From Longimicrobiales bacterium (lineage in GTDB: Bacteria > Gemmatimonadota > Gemmatimonadetes > Longimicrobiales > Gaopeijiaceae), in the NCBI GenBank assembly GCA_965219445.1, contig CBDCNQ010000002.1, positions 128,001 to 192,000 on the forward strand: 64,000 nucleotides of DNA, given 5' to 3'. Each line of letters begins with the position of its first letter. Position 1 is the first letter of the stretch. Of this stretch, positions 10,375-20,949 are shown piece by piece. The position numbers and the translations under genes are program-made. The notes under the pieces are model-generated. The model did no database searches and was not told the DNA's origin. It worked only from the letters and a program-made list of their open reading frames with translations.

Positions 10375-11414
10375 CCGAACTCCTGGAGAATCTGTGGGTG
10401 CAGCGCGCGGGCTTCGTGGTCGGTGGCCTCCTGGTGGGCATCGTGTTGGAGTTCGTCGTCATCCAGCGGGCCCACAAGCTCGCCGAGCGAACCCGCTTCA
10501 AGTGGGACGACTTGCTCATCGGCTCGCTCCGTGGCGTGGCGACCACGTGGGCGGGTGCCGGTGGCGTCTACCTCGCGCTCAACGTCGGCACTCCGGATCC
10601 GCTGCTCCTGAGCACGATGCGAAGCGTGCTCATGGTCGTCGTGATCCTGTCCGTCGTAATCGCCGGGATGCGGGCAGTGGGGGGAGCGGTCGAGATGCTT
10701 TCGGGCCGCACGGGTGGTGCGATCAAGTCGCCGACGCTGGTCGTCAACCTCGCTCGGATTGCTGTCGGGGTCCTGGGGCTCTTCATCATCCTCCAGAACC
10801 TCGGGATCGACATCACGGCGCTGATCACGGCACTCGGTATCGGAGGAATCGCGATCGCGCTCGCGCTCCAGGACACACTGGGAAACCTCTTCGCCGGAAT
10901 TCAAATCATCCTGTCCAAGCAGGTGCGTCAGCGGGACTACATTCGTCTGTCTTCAGGAGAGGAGGGGTGGGTGACCGACGTGAAGGGCCGGAACACCACG
11001 ATCCAAACCTTCCCGGATGGCAACCTCGTCACCGTGCCCAATTCCATGCTCGCGTCCTCCATCGTGAAGAACTTTTCGATGCCGAGGACCGCGCTCTGGG
11101 TGACTCTTAGCGTCGGCGTGAGCTACGACAGCGACTTGGAGCACGTGGAGGCCGTCTCCCTGGAAGTGGCAAAGCAGGTGCTCGCCGAAGAGGATGGCGG
11201 CGTGCCGGGGGAAGACCCGATCGTCCGCTACCACACCTTCGGGGACTCGAGCATAAACTTCGACGTCCGCATGATGGTGCGTGAGTTCAGAAGCCAGGGT
11301 CCCGTGAAACACGAGTTCATCAAGCGGTTGCATCGGCGTTTCGGAGAAGAAGGCATCGAGATCCCCTTCCCGATCCGCACGGTGATGATGAAGGATGGAA
11401 GCGACCCGGAGTAA
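10371..11414 (+). CDS. MscS family mechanosensitive channel
   Basis: ATGA overlap with ridA; LGIGGIAIALALQDTLGNLFAG, VGVSYDSD, IEIPFP. Confidence 0.9.
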   Translation: MTELLENLWVQRAGFVVGGLLVGIVLEFVVIQRAHKLAERTRFKWDDLLIGSLRGVATTWAGAGGVYLALNVGTPDPLLLSTMRSVLMVVVILSVVIAGMRAVGGAVEMLSGRTGGAIKSPTLVVNLARIAVGVLGLFIILQNLGIDITALITALGIGGIAIALALQDTLGNLFAGIQIILSKQVRQRDYIRLSSGEEGWVTDVKGRNTTIQTFPDGNLVTVPNSMLASSIVKNFSMPRTALWVTLSVGVSYDSDLEHVEAVSLEVAKQVLAEEDGGVPGEDPIVRYHTFGDSSINFDVRMMVREFRSQGPVKHEFIKRLHRRFGEEGIEIPFPIRTVMMKDGSDPE

Positions 11415-11450
11415 GAGGTCGGTGGGACCGACCAGGGGTAAGAAGTCGGT

Positions 11451-13538
11451 CTATGACGAAGCTGGAGGGTGTTCCGACCTGACGGACCGCTGAAGCGTGG
11501 TGCCGATCCACGCCTCCAACGTCGACCGGTGGCGGCGCGTGGTGATGAAGGTCAGCGCGTCTCCAGGCTCGACCCGCGTGAAGCCCCTCGGCACCACGAC
11601 CCGATCCCCGCGCCGCAGAAGCGCGATGAGAGCCTCCGCGGGCACCTTTATCTCGCGGATGGCGTGGAAGCAGATGTCCGTGTGATGTGTGGTCACCTCG
11701 AGCGCGACGTGCACCGAATCCCCGCCGGCGTCGGGTGGCAACGCATTGGTCCGCTTCAACAGCCGTTGGTGCTCATCGGCTAGCTCTTTGAACGCCCAGA
11801 TCATCTCGGCCCGCTTCAACACGCCGACGACACGAGTCCGGTCGTCCGGATCCACCACCGGCATCTGATAGGCGCCCAGGGCACTGAATCGTGCGAACGC
11901 GTTCCGAAGGGTCTCGGCGGGAAAGGTGGTCTCCACTGCCGTGGTCATGACCTCGGCGACCGTTCTCTCGGATCCTCCGGCCACAATGGACCGCTCCAGA
12001 TCAGCCAGTGCGACGATCCCTACCAGACGCTCGTCGTCATCGAGGACTACCCAACTCCGTGTGTGCTCATCCCGCACGAGCTCGGCCAGTTGATCGAGGT
12101 CCATGGACGCGGGTACGCTCCTCACCTCCTCCTCCATGGCGTCAGCCACGAGAAGGATGTCGAGCGTCCCCATCTCACCCTCGGAGAGGCGGAACCCACC
12201 GAGCCTCCGCAACTTGATGGAGTAGATAGAGTCCGGGTTGAGGCGGGAAGCGATGATCTGCGCTAGCACCACCGCCAACATGAGTGGGAGGATGATCCGG
12301 TAGTCGTCGGTCATCTCGAAGAGGATGACGATCGCAGTCATGGGCGCGTGGGCTGCCGCACCGAACACGGCGGCGGCGCCGACCAGGGCATAGGCTCCCG
12401 GAGACGCCGTCACCGTGGGGAACAGTCCGCCCATCAACGAGCCGAAGACGCCCCCGGTCATCGCCCCTATGAAGAGAGCCGGAGCGAACACTCCGCCGGA
12501 ACCACCGGCGCCGAGGGTGATGGAGGTGGCGAGCATCTTCAGGACCACGAGCATCGCCATCATGCCGACGCCGAGAGCCCCGGCGAGCGCCAGTTCAACG
12601 CCCTCATGTCCGACGCCGAAGATGTGTGAACTCCCGAACGCCCCCATGGCTCCCACTGCCAGGCCACCCAGGAGTGCCTTAGCCCAGGCAGGGACCGACC
12701 ACAGCTCGAACCGCTCCTCTACCTGATAAACCATCCAGACGTAGGCCAGAGCCACGATGCCTGCGATCAGACCAAGGACCAGATAGAGCCCGAACTCCCA
12801 ATTGCTCGCGAGAGTAAATTGCTCGACGAGGCTGAAAGAAGGTTCCGTCCCCAGGGCCGACTGCACCACCGCCGTGGCTGCCACGGATGAAACCACGACC
12901 AATCCGAAGGAACGGGAGGCGAACCCACCGAGGATCACCTCCATGGCGAAGAGCACCCCTGCGATGGGAGCGTTGAACGTGCCCCCGATGGCCGCGCCCG
13001 CGCCCGCAGCCACCATGATCCGTACCTCGCTGGCCCCCAATCCGGCGATCTGGCCCACGGTGCTGCCGATGGATGAACCGATCTGCACGATGGGACCCTC
13101 ACGCCCCACGGATCCGCCGGAACCGATGGAGATCGCGGACGCCAACGCCTTCACGATGGCCACACGAGCACGAATGCGTCCCCCGCGCTGTCGCACTGCG
13201 AACTGGACTTCGGGGATTCCATGCCCCTGGGCCTCGGGAGCCCAGCGACGGACGATCCAGGACACCACCACCATGCCCACGGCCGGGGCGAGCACGAAGG
13301 GCACCCACTCCGGCAGCGGGGCCAAGACATCGGAATGGCGGCCGCCCTGATCGAAGAACAACCACTGCACCACGGCGATCATCCACCGGAGGCCGATCGC
13401 GGCGACCCCGGAAAGCAGGCCGATGGCCGTGGCGAGGGCCAGCGGCCCGGCCGTGGTGGAACGGCGCAATTCGAGGCGCAGGCGATGAAGGATCTTGCCG
13501 TTCCGGACAGCCTTCGGGAGGCCCATGCCAAAGGTCAT
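11451..13538 (-). CDS. ClC chloride channel/antiporter with CBS pair and TrkA-C domain
   Basis: GHGIPE, GSVGREGP, FNAPIAG, GSGGVFAP, IYS motifs; C-terminal CBS and RRGDRVVVPRG. Confidence 0.92.
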   Translation of the reverse strand: MTFGMGLPKAVRNGKILHRLRLELRRSTTAGPLALATAIGLLSGVAAIGLRWMIAVVQWLFFDQGGRHSDVLAPLPEWVPFVLAPAVGMVVVSWIVRRWAPEAQGHGIPEVQFAVRQRGGRIRARVAIVKALASAISIGSGGSVGREGPIVQIGSSIGSTVGQIAGLGASEVRIMVAAGAGAAIGGTFNAPIAGVLFAMEVILGGFASRSFGLVVVSSVAATAVVQSALGTEPSFSLVEQFTLASNWEFGLYLVLGLIAGIVALAYVWMVYQVEERFELWSVPAWAKALLGGLAVGAMGAFGSSHIFGVGHEGVELALAGALGVGMMAMLVVLKMLATSITLGAGGSGGVFAPALFIGAMTGGVFGSLMGGLFPTVTASPGAYALVGAAAVFGAAAHAPMTAIVILFEMTDDYRIILPLMLAVVLAQIIASRLNPDSIYSIKLRRLGGFRLSEGEMGTLDILLVADAMEEEVRSVPASMDLDQLAELVRDEHTRSWVVLDDDERLVGIVALADLERSIVAGGSERTVAEVMTTAVETTFPAETLRNAFARFSALGAYQMPVVDPDDRTRVVGVLKRAEMIWAFKELADEHQRLLKRTNALPPDAGGDSVHVALEVTTHHTDICFHAIREIKVPAEALIALLRRGDRVVVPRGFTRVEPGDALTFITTRRHRSTLEAWIGTTLQRSVRSEHPPASS

Positions 13539-13614
13539 GAGAGGAAGTTGACAATATGGGTGGGTTTATCCAACCTGGCCTGCGCCCTTCTGGCCAGAGA
13601 ACTGAGGAAAAACC

Positions 13615-14892
13615 ATTCCGGACTTCCTGTCGAGCATAGCTGCGAACGACTGGCTTCGAGCTGTCGGCGGGTTGTTTGCCCTTAGCATCCTGGCGTGGGC
13701 TACCAACGTCGTGGTGCGCCGCTTGTTCGTAGGGCTGGTCCACCGTGTGGCGAGCAGGACCCAGTCCACCTGGGACAATCGCCTCATCGAGCGACGGGTC
13801 TTCCACCGGTTGGCCAACGTCGCTCCGGCGCTCGTGACCTACGCTGGAATCGGATTGGCGCTGGGGGTCGCTCCCGACGCCCTGGCCGTCGACCCGCCGT
13901 CGACGAGCTGGGAGGCCCTCGTGCTTACCGGTGCGACGCTGGTGCGCCGCGTGTCGCTGGCGTGGGTGGTGGTGGCGCTCACCACGGCGGCCGGCGGCTT
14001 CCTGAATGCCCTCAACGACGTCTACACCGAGACCTACACCGAGACCAGTGCCCGCCCCATCAAGGGCTACCTCCAGGTCATCAGCCTCTTCCTGTATGTG
14101 GGGGCGGGCGTCGTGGTCATCTCCGTCCTGGCAGATCGCTCGCCCGTGGTCTTCCTGTCGGGCCTCGGGGCGCTCACGGCCGTCCTCATGCTGGTCTTCC
14201 GGGACACCATCCTCTCACTCGTGGCCAGCGTCCAGATCATGTCCAACGACATGATCCGTATCGGGGACTGGGTCGAGATGCCCCAGGCCAACGCCGACGG
14301 CGACGTCATCGACATCGCGCTTCACACGGTGAAGATCCAAAACTGGGACAAGACCATCTCCGCGATCCCCACCCATAAGTTCATCTCCGAGTCGTTCAAG
14401 AACTGGCGCGGGATGAGCGAGTCCGGCGGCCGGCGCATGAAGCGCTCGATCTACCTGGACATGAGCTCCATCCATTTCCTGTCTGACGCAGAGGTGGCCC
14501 GGCTCTCGCGCTTCGAGTTCCTACACGATTACTTGCAGGCCAAACGGAGGGATCTGGAGGTCGCCAACGCCCGGAAAGTGGAGGGCGACGACCTCATTCC
14601 GGATCCGCGACGCCTCACGAATGTGGGTACGTTCCGGGCGTACGTGAGGCACTATCTGAGCAATCACCCCAAGATCCACCAGGGGATGACGCTCCTCGTG
14701 CGGCAGCTCCAGCCGGGGCCCCAGGGCCTGCCCCTCGAGATCTACTGCTTCTCCAACGATACGAACTGGGAAAACTACGAGGGAATCCACGCGGACATCT
14801 TCGACCACCTCATCGCGAGCCTCCCGGACTTCGGGCTCCGGGCGTTCCAAGAGCCCGCGGGCAGTGACTTGGAGGCGTTACGTCCCAGCTAA
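13615..14892 (+). CDS. MscS family channel, YbdG-like
   Basis: LGALTAVLMLVFRDTILSLVAS, NWDKTI, NWRGMSESGGRR, RRLTNVGTFRAY; start proposed at ATT 13615 (ORF track: TTG 13672). Confidence 0.88.
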   Translation: MPDFLSSIAANDWLRAVGGLFALSILAWATNVVVRRLFVGLVHRVASRTQSTWDNRLIERRVFHRLANVAPALVTYAGIGLALGVAPDALAVDPPSTSWEALVLTGATLVRRVSLAWVVVALTTAAGGFLNALNDVYTETYTETSARPIKGYLQVISLFLYVGAGVVVISVLADRSPVVFLSGLGALTAVLMLVFRDTILSLVASVQIMSNDMIRIGDWVEMPQANADGDVIDIALHTVKIQNWDKTISAIPTHKFISESFKNWRGMSESGGRRMKRSIYLDMSSIHFLSDAEVARLSRFEFLHDYLQAKRRDLEVANARKVEGDDLIPDPRRLTNVGTFRAYVRHYLSNHPKIHQGMTLLVRQLQPGPQGLPLEIYCFSNDTNWENYEGIHADIFDHLIASLPDFGLRAFQEPAGSDLEALRPS

Positions 14893-14965
14893 GCGGAGCA
14901 CGGACTCTGGGCGAATCCACGAGAGCGCCGGTACAGGCCATGAGATCGGATCGAGTGGCACCGAG

Positions 14966-14994
14966 TAGACAGGTGGGAGAGGTCTGTCTACAGT
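14966..14994 (+). promoter_or_regulatory. Putative sigma70 promoter of selC
   Basis: TAGACA-17 nt-TACAGT, ending 43 nt upstream of the tRNA; overlapped by 8-bp inverted repeat GTAGACAG/CTGTCTAC. Confidence 0.5.
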
Positions 14995-15037
14995 TTGGCT
15001 ATGCCAGCTGTGCCATCTGATGGGACGACAGCTACAT

Positions 15038-15134
15038 GGGGGCGGAGGAGGTCTGGTGGCCTCACTGGTCTTCAAAACCAGCTCGCCCGGCTAAACCCCG
15101 GGTTGGTGGGTTCGATTCCCACACGCTCCCGCCA
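15038..15134 (+). tRNA. selC: tRNA-Sec (anticodon UCA)
   Basis: 97 nt; extended acceptor stem, 6-bp D stem with 4-nt loop (GAGGTC-TGGT-GGCCTC), anticodon arm CTGGT-CTTCAAA-ACCAG, long variable arm, T arm GTGGG-TTCGATT-CCCAC, encoded GCCA end. Confidence 0.95.
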
Positions 15135-15138
15135 TCGG
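15067..15138 (+). repeat. attL: 72-bp direct repeat (3' part of selC)
   Basis: Identical to 21503-21574. Confidence 0.95.
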
Positions 15139-15285
15139 TGAAGCGGCCTAAATGACAGTCCCGTTTTCACCACCCACACGGGACTGAGCCCCGCTCGGCG
15201 CGAAGAATCAGCTAAAAGAAACGTTGAAAACTGGGAGGGATGTGTGAAATCTTTATAGGATACCCGAAACCTGAAGGAATCGAAC

Positions 15286-15786
15286 TTGGCGACCAGATCC
15301 CAAGGAGTTACGGGCGTGATCCCTTGTCGGGAGACGAGGGGGTTCTCGCTCATCGAGCTCACAGTTGTCCTTGTGCTGGCAGGCGTAACGGTTGGTCTGG
15401 CCAGCAACTTGTTGGGCGGGTACGAACAGAGGGTTGCTGCGCAGCATGCGGCACAGCTGTTCGTCCGGGACCTGTCCCTGGCGCGGGCCCATGCCGTGCG
15501 TGGGCGGGAATCGGTCGTGATCCGCTTCTCCGAGTCCAGTCGCTGGTACTCGATATCGACGATGACGACGGGTAAGGAGCTGGTACGACGCCGTTTCAAC
15601 GTCAACGCCGACATCCCTCTCGCGGCCATCGACCTCGAAATACCCGGCGACACGCTCCTCTTCACTTCGAGGGGGATCTTGAGCGATGTGGGCGGGCAAC
15701 TGGGGACGGCGACGTTCTCGGCGGGGGTCGATACGTACGCGGTGTCGTTCAACATCATGGGAGCGTCGAAGGTTGAGAAACGGTGA
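15286..15786 (+). CDS. FimT/GspH-like minor pilin
   Basis: Class III signal RG|FSLIELTVVLVLAG; ARAHAV, FTSRG. Confidence 0.8.
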   Translation: MATRSQGVTGVIPCRETRGFSLIELTVVLVLAGVTVGLASNLLGGYEQRVAAQHAAQLFVRDLSLARAHAVRGRESVVIRFSESSRWYSISTMTTGKELVRRRFNVNADIPLAAIDLEIPGDTLLFTSRGILSDVGGQLGTATFSAGVDTYAVSFNIMGASKVEKR

Positions 15787-16184
15787 GCGGAGAACCATGT
15801 CCTCCCAATTGCCGCTGTGGCGGCTTTACCCTCATCGAAGTCATGGGCGCGCTCCTGATCTTCGTGATGGGCGTGCTCATGGTGCTGCGGCTCGGCGCCG
15901 CCATGGCCACCCAGCTGGAGTCCTCCGGCGTTGCCTCCGAGCTCGTCGTTATCGCCCACGAGCAGATCGACTCGCTGGCAGCGACGCCCTTCGACTCGCT
16001 GGAGGCGAAGACCGAGCAGAACGACTTCAAGGTGGGGGCGAACGAGATCGAGTACACCAAGACCGTGACGGTCAGCTTGGTGAACCCGCTCTTATACCAG
16101 CTCGACGTGGACGTGTCGCTAAAGGACACGTTGGCTTGGGGTCCCGGCTACTCCGTGACGACGTTCTCGGCAGGCGCCTGGTAG
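15783..16184 (+). CDS. PilV/GspI-like minor pilin
   Basis: GG|FTLIEVMGALLIF; GTGA overlap with the previous gene. Confidence 0.8.
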   Translation: MSGEPCPPNCRCGGFTLIEVMGALLIFVMGVLMVLRLGAAMATQLESSGVASELVVIAHEQIDSLAATPFDSLEAKTEQNDFKVGANEIEYTKTVTVSLVNPLLYQLDVDVSLKDTLAWGPGYSVTTFSAGAW

Positions 16185-17035
16185 GAGCACGCGCTGGTTT
16201 CTCGCTCGTGGAAGCCGTGGTGGCCCTGTTGCTCTCGTCCCTGGTCATAGTGATGGTCGGCGGGATCTTCTTGGCTCAGAACCGTTCCTACCTGGTGCAG
16301 CTCGGAGTGACCGACGCGCACCACAACGCGCGCGCGGTCACCGAGCTGCTTTCCAGCGAGCTTCGTTCGGTGATGGAGGGCGGCGTGCTGCTCGCCGAGA
16401 GCGACGAGATGACCGTGCGCACGCCGCTCGTGGTGGCTGCCGTGTGTGCGACAGATGGCGTCATAGTCGGCGTGCACACCGAGGGCGGAGAGGCGGCCAT
16501 CGAGACCCATGAAGAAGAGCTGGCCGGCTTCGCCGTCATGGACGCCGCAGGGGGGTGGGACTACTACGACGTCGACTGGTCGGCGATCGACGACGGAAGC
16601 TCGAGCGGCGTCATTGCCGGGGACTGTTACGGCAACGGGGCCGACACGGTGGGAGCCCGCGACGACTTCCACTCCCTCAAGAGCCTCGACAGCTACCATC
16701 CGACGGTACCGGGCGTCGGCGACGTGATCCTGCTCTTCAGCAAGACGACGTTCAAGTTCCAGACCTCGGTTCTCGATCCGACCACAGTCGGGCTCTTTCG
16801 CCAGGTCAATGACGATCCGCTGGTCGAGTTCGCGACCGGCATGGACTCGACGGCACAGTTTCAGTACCGAACGACCGAAAACTCCTCCTACGAGGAATCC
16901 GTGTTGGGCTCCTCTCTCGAACACGTCGACGTCGTACGCATCGTATCCGAGGTCAAGGAGCCGGCCCCGCCGGGCATAGAGGGCGCGATCCGGTACGGGT
17001 GGTCCGTGAACGTCGCGCTGAGGAACGTGCGGTGA
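16178..17035 (+). CDS. PilW/GspJ-like minor pilin
   Basis: AG|FSLVEAVVALLL, ends VALRNVR; start either CTG 16178 or TTG 16136. Confidence 0.78.
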   Translation: MVGARAGFSLVEAVVALLLSSLVIVMVGGIFLAQNRSYLVQLGVTDAHHNARAVTELLSSELRSVMEGGVLLAESDEMTVRTPLVVAAVCATDGVIVGVHTEGGEAAIETHEEELAGFAVMDAAGGWDYYDVDWSAIDDGSSSGVIAGDCYGNGADTVGARDDFHSLKSLDSYHPTVPGVGDVILLFSKTTFKFQTSVLDPTTVGLFRQVNDDPLVEFATGMDSTAQFQYRTTENSSYEESVLGSSLEHVDVVRIVSEVKEPAPPGIEGAIRYGWSVNVALRNVR

Positions 17036-18069
17036 GGCACTCAACCGCGGTCGGGCCGTCGCGTGGCGGCTTCGCAATGATCTTCGTGTTGCTCATGCTG
17101 TTCGCGATCTCGATCACGGCGGTTACGGGCTACCTCGTCGTGAGCTCGGAGTTCAGCATGTCGAACCACTCGAAGGAGGGCGCGGGGGTGATCGCCGTCG
17201 CGCACGGGGGCATGCAGCGCTTCCTCGCCGATCAGGGGGGGGTGGTCGGGGACTCCGCCATCTACGTGATCGGCTGGGGCATCGCCACCGTGACCAGCCG
17301 CAAGCTCATGGAGACGGACTCGTTCAACCACCTGTACTATATACGCTCCGAGGGCACGCTCACTGACGTCAGGTTCCCGGGCGCTCCGGTCGCCAGGAGG
17401 GTCGTCGGGGCGTTCGCCTGGCACCGGCTGAGTCCGCTGCCCCACCGTGCGGCGGTGATTATCTCCGCCGACGAGATCGATGCCCGGGTGAGTGCAGGGG
17501 GAGAGATCGACGGTTACGACGAGTCCTCGGCCGCGCAGTGTTCCGGCGGAGGGACAGCCGGAATCACGGGGGCCATCGCGAAGGACCGAGTCCTCGGAGA
17601 CGTCGACGGCAACCCGGACGAAGAGCTGCGATCGTGGGTCGTCGACGACATGGCCGACTCTCTCGGCCTACGGTGGGATGTGCTCCAGGACCCGAGTTTC
17701 CCGGTCGAGTTCGACGGCTCACCGCCGAACTTCGCTTCCCTGCCTGCCGATTCATTCCCGCTGGTACGCTATCAGGGCAACCTTTCACCCGGGAGCTCGT
17801 GGAGCGGGCGGGGCGTCCTGGTGATCACCGGCAGGTTCGACTCCTCTTCTGGGTTCTCTTGGGACGGAATCGTGCTGGCCGGCTCCACCGACGACGGGCT
17901 CGACGGTGACATCGACGGGATGCTCATGGGCGGCCTGGACGGGCCGAATCCCAACTCGAACGTCGACTTCCGGATGGACGTCGACTACAACGCTTGCTAC
18001 GTGTACGCCGCTAATAGGGCGCTCTCGTATTTGGAGCTCGTCGACCACGCGATCTTCGACGCGTACTAG
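17032..18069 (+). CDS. PilX/GspK-like protein
   Basis: GTGA overlap; RGG|FAMIFVLLML lacking Glu5 (PilX trait), YYIRSEG, GRGVLVITG. Confidence 0.72.
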   Translation: MRHSTAVGPSRGGFAMIFVLLMLFAISITAVTGYLVVSSEFSMSNHSKEGAGVIAVAHGGMQRFLADQGGVVGDSAIYVIGWGIATVTSRKLMETDSFNHLYYIRSEGTLTDVRFPGAPVARRVVGAFAWHRLSPLPHRAAVIISADEIDARVSAGGEIDGYDESSAAQCSGGGTAGITGAIAKDRVLGDVDGNPDEELRSWVVDDMADSLGLRWDVLQDPSFPVEFDGSPPNFASLPADSFPLVRYQGNLSPGSSWSGRGVLVITGRFDSSSGFSWDGIVLAGSTDDGLDGDIDGMLMGGLDGPNPNSNVDFRMDVDYNACYVYAANRALSYLELVDHAIFDAY

Positions 18070-18283
18070 CAAAGCGTCCCGTTGCTTGCGAACGCGCGCA
18101 TAGGCGCCGGCGCGCACCTTCGATCCCATCGAGGGCTCTTCTGCGGACCGCGGGAGTCCTGGCACAAATCCTTTGTACACGGAACCGGCGCGTGCCTATC
18201 TTTGAGAGTGGACCCGCAACGATCCGAGCTCCACTGACGCGCCGCTCCCACGAACGCGTCGGGACCGGGCCGGACCCATCGAG

Positions 18284-18799
18284 GTGGCCCCTTTGAAGAG
18301 GCATTATCAACTCTTGACAGCTCGGCGGTTTGCCAGGGATGGCCGCCGCGGCTTCACGCTCATCGAGCTGGTTTTGGTGGCGACCATCACGGGTTCACTG
18401 GCGGCGCTCGCCATTCCGAACGTGGTCCGCGTCCTGGAGGAGTCGAGGGTCACCGAGGCGATGTCGGACATCAGGATCTTCGCGGCCACCGCGAGGGACC
18501 ACAAGCTCGTGAACGGCACGTTTCCGGACTCTTTCGACAAGTTCGGGTTCAACGACCCCCCCGTCGACCCTTGGGGAAACGAGTACGAATACTTACTGAT
18601 CGAAGGTCAGTTTGAGATATACCCGCCGGGTAAGAAGCCCAGGCAGGACAGGTTCCTCAGGCCGGTCAACCGAGACTTCGACATATTTAGCAGAGGACCC
18701 GACGGGGAGACGTCGGATAACCTGACCGATCCGGAGAGCTTGGACGACGTCATCCGAGCCAACGACGGCGGCTTCGTGGGCATCGCGGAGGACTATTGA
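18284..18799 (+). CDS. GspG-like pilin/pseudopilin
   Basis: RG|FTLIELVLV, DPWGNEYEY, SRGPDG, DDVIRAN. Confidence 0.85.
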   Translation: MAPLKRHYQLLTARRFARDGRRGFTLIELVLVATITGSLAALAIPNVVRVLEESRVTEAMSDIRIFAATARDHKLVNGTFPDSFDKFGFNDPPVDPWGNEYEYLLIEGQFEIYPPGKKPRQDRFLRPVNRDFDIFSRGPDGETSDNLTDPESLDDVIRANDGGFVGIAEDY

Positions 18800-20949
18800 G
18801 CCTGGTGCGCGTGGAGTTCTTGCGGACGCGTGTCGCGCGGAGGATCATGAGCCTCTTCGTGATCGGGTCGCTCTTCCCGATCGCTGCCCTGGTAGCTCTC
18901 TCCTACGGAGCGGTATCCCGCCAGCTCGAGTCGCAGAGCGAACAGCGCTTGGCGGACCTCACCGACATCGCCGCCCAGTCGCTTCTCGAGCGATTCGACT
19001 TCTTCCACTCGTGGCTCCGAGGCGTCGGCGTGCTCGGGACCGTAGGCATGAGCCAGGCCGCGGACGGCGCCTCCGTGCCCTTCACTGATCTGGTTCCGGG
19101 CAGTGTCGAGGGGTTGGCGCTCGAAGAGGACGGGCGCGTGCGCACGATCACTGGCACGGTCGGACAGCTGCCACCACTCGGGGCTGCGGACGGGGAGCAG
19201 TTGGCGATGGGCCAGCCCTTGGTCAAGGCCTCCGTCGGCATCGACGGCGCTCCCCCGAGCATCTTCATGGCGCTGCGCACACGGCCCGGCGACCCCGACC
19301 GGGGGGTATTGTGGGCACGTATTACCGGCGACTCACTGTGGGCGACGACGATGCTATGGGCGTCGACCTCGGCCGTCCACGATCTCTGTATCCTGGACAC
19401 GGGCAGCCGGCCCTTCCACTGCAACCAGGGCGAGGGGAGTCGTCTGCCGGCAACGGTCCCTCCCGTGGCCAGCCGTGGATCCAACGCGGGTCTGCTGGAC
19501 GTCGAAATGGGTGCGGAGGTCTACAAGGCCGGCTGGCGGGAGGTCTACCTGCCTCCCACGTACGGTACCCCCTCGTGGACGGTCGTGGTGAGCGAGTCCA
19601 GGTCGACGGTCTACAGTCAGGTCGAGTGGTTCGCGTACTATCTGCCGGTGTCCGTGGTGAGCGGACTCTCGTTTGTGCTGCTGCTCGCCAGTGTCGTCGT
19701 GCGCCGCACGATGGACCCGCTCGAGCGGCTCACGGAGGGCACGCGTCGGATTTCGAAGCAAGACTTCGGCTCTCGAGTAGACGTCGAGAGCGAGGACGAG
19801 TTCGGCGAGCTCGCCGCGTCGTTCAACACGATGGCGGAGCGCCTGGGTCTCCAGTTCCGGGAGATCAAGGCCGGCCTGGCCATCGACCGCGCGGTGCTGT
19901 CGGCAAGCGGCCGCGAGATCGCAATGCGGGCGGTTCTCGACGGGGTCGGCGATGTCGTGCCGAGTACACACCGAGCGGTCCTGCTCATGGAGCCGGGATC
20001 GAGCGTCGAGGGGAGCCTGTATTCCGTGAGCCAGTCGGACGACGGCGTCGTGGAGAGCACCTGCTCGCTCGATGAGGCGGATTCCGATTGGCTCTACGGC
20101 GACGGCATGCACGTGTTGACCTCCAAGGGCACCGAAGTACCCGCGGTGTTCGGCGGCGCGGGCTTCGCCGACGATGATCGACGCGTGCTCGTGCTGCGCC
20201 TCGTCGTCCAGGGAGAGGCTCTAGGCGCAGTGGCCATCGCGCGGCGGGCCGACCGTGACTTCTCCGAGGAGGAGGTTCGCGGGGCGGGGCATTTGGCGGA
20301 TCAGGCCGCGGTCGCCCTCAACGATCTCAAGCTCCGCAGTGAGCTCGAGGAGATGAGCTGGGAGGCGCTGCGTGCGCTGGCCAACGCGATCGACGCCAAG
20401 TCGGCGTGGACAGCGGGTCACTCGGAGCGGGTCACAGGCCTCGCGCTCGAGGTCGGGCGGGAGCTCGAGCTGAGCGACAAGGAGCTCGACATCCTTCATC
20501 GAGGCGGGCTCCTTCACGATCTGGGCAAGATCGGCGTGAGTCTGCAGGTGCTCGACCACCCCGGTAAGCTCGACGAAGAGATGCGCAAGGAGATCGAGGC
20601 GCACCCGGTTATCGGGGCGCGCATCCTCGAACCGATCCGCGCCTTCCAGCCGATGCTGCCGATCGTTCTGTACCACCACGAGCGCTGGGACGGCCTGGGG
20701 TATCCGGAGGGCCTCAAGGGACTGGAAATCCATCCGCTTGCGCGGCTGTTGGCGGTCGCTGACGTGTTCGACGCGATGGTGTCGGCCCGTCCGTATCGCG
20801 GGGGCATGGATCCGCAGCGCGTCCTCGACGAGATCCGCAGCTGTTCGGGCACTCAGTTCGATCCCGAGATGGTCGCAGCCCTGATGCGCGTCATGGAGAG
20901 CGGCTGGCTTCTCCGAAACCTCCCGCAGCCCGTGCTGATCGATGCGTGA
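18796..20949 (+). CDS. Membrane sensor HD-GYP phosphodiesterase (periplasmic domain-HAMP-GAF-HD-GYP)
   Basis: Two TM segments, HAMP (DEFGELAASFNTM), GHSERV, LHDLGKIG, HHERWDGLGYP, ADVFDAM. Confidence 0.9.
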   Translation: MSLVRVEFLRTRVARRIMSLFVIGSLFPIAALVALSYGAVSRQLESQSEQRLADLTDIAAQSLLERFDFFHSWLRGVGVLGTVGMSQAADGASVPFTDLVPGSVEGLALEEDGRVRTITGTVGQLPPLGAADGEQLAMGQPLVKASVGIDGAPPSIFMALRTRPGDPDRGVLWARITGDSLWATTMLWASTSAVHDLCILDTGSRPFHCNQGEGSRLPATVPPVASRGSNAGLLDVEMGAEVYKAGWREVYLPPTYGTPSWTVVVSESRSTVYSQVEWFAYYLPVSVVSGLSFVLLLASVVVRRTMDPLERLTEGTRRISKQDFGSRVDVESEDEFGELAASFNTMAERLGLQFREIKAGLAIDRAVLSASGREIAMRAVLDGVGDVVPSTHRAVLLMEPGSSVEGSLYSVSQSDDGVVESTCSLDEADSDWLYGDGMHVLTSKGTEVPAVFGGAGFADDDRRVLVLRLVVQGEALGAVAIARRADRDFSEEEVRGAGHLADQAAVALNDLKLRSELEEMSWEALRALANAIDAKSAWTAGHSERVTGLALEVGRELELSDKELDILHRGGLLHDLGKIGVSLQVLDHPGKLDEEMRKEIEAHPVIGARILEPIRAFQPMLPIVLYHHERWDGLGYPEGLKGLEIHPLARLLAVADVFDAMVSARPYRGGMDPQRVLDEIRSCSGTQFDPEMVAALMRVMESGWLLRNLPQPVLIDA

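Noticed and set aside
18070..18283. c-di-GMP riboswitch or sigma54 promoter ahead of the GspG-like/HD-GYP unit
   Set aside because: GEMM motifs not found; TGGCAC lacks a correctly spaced -12 GC
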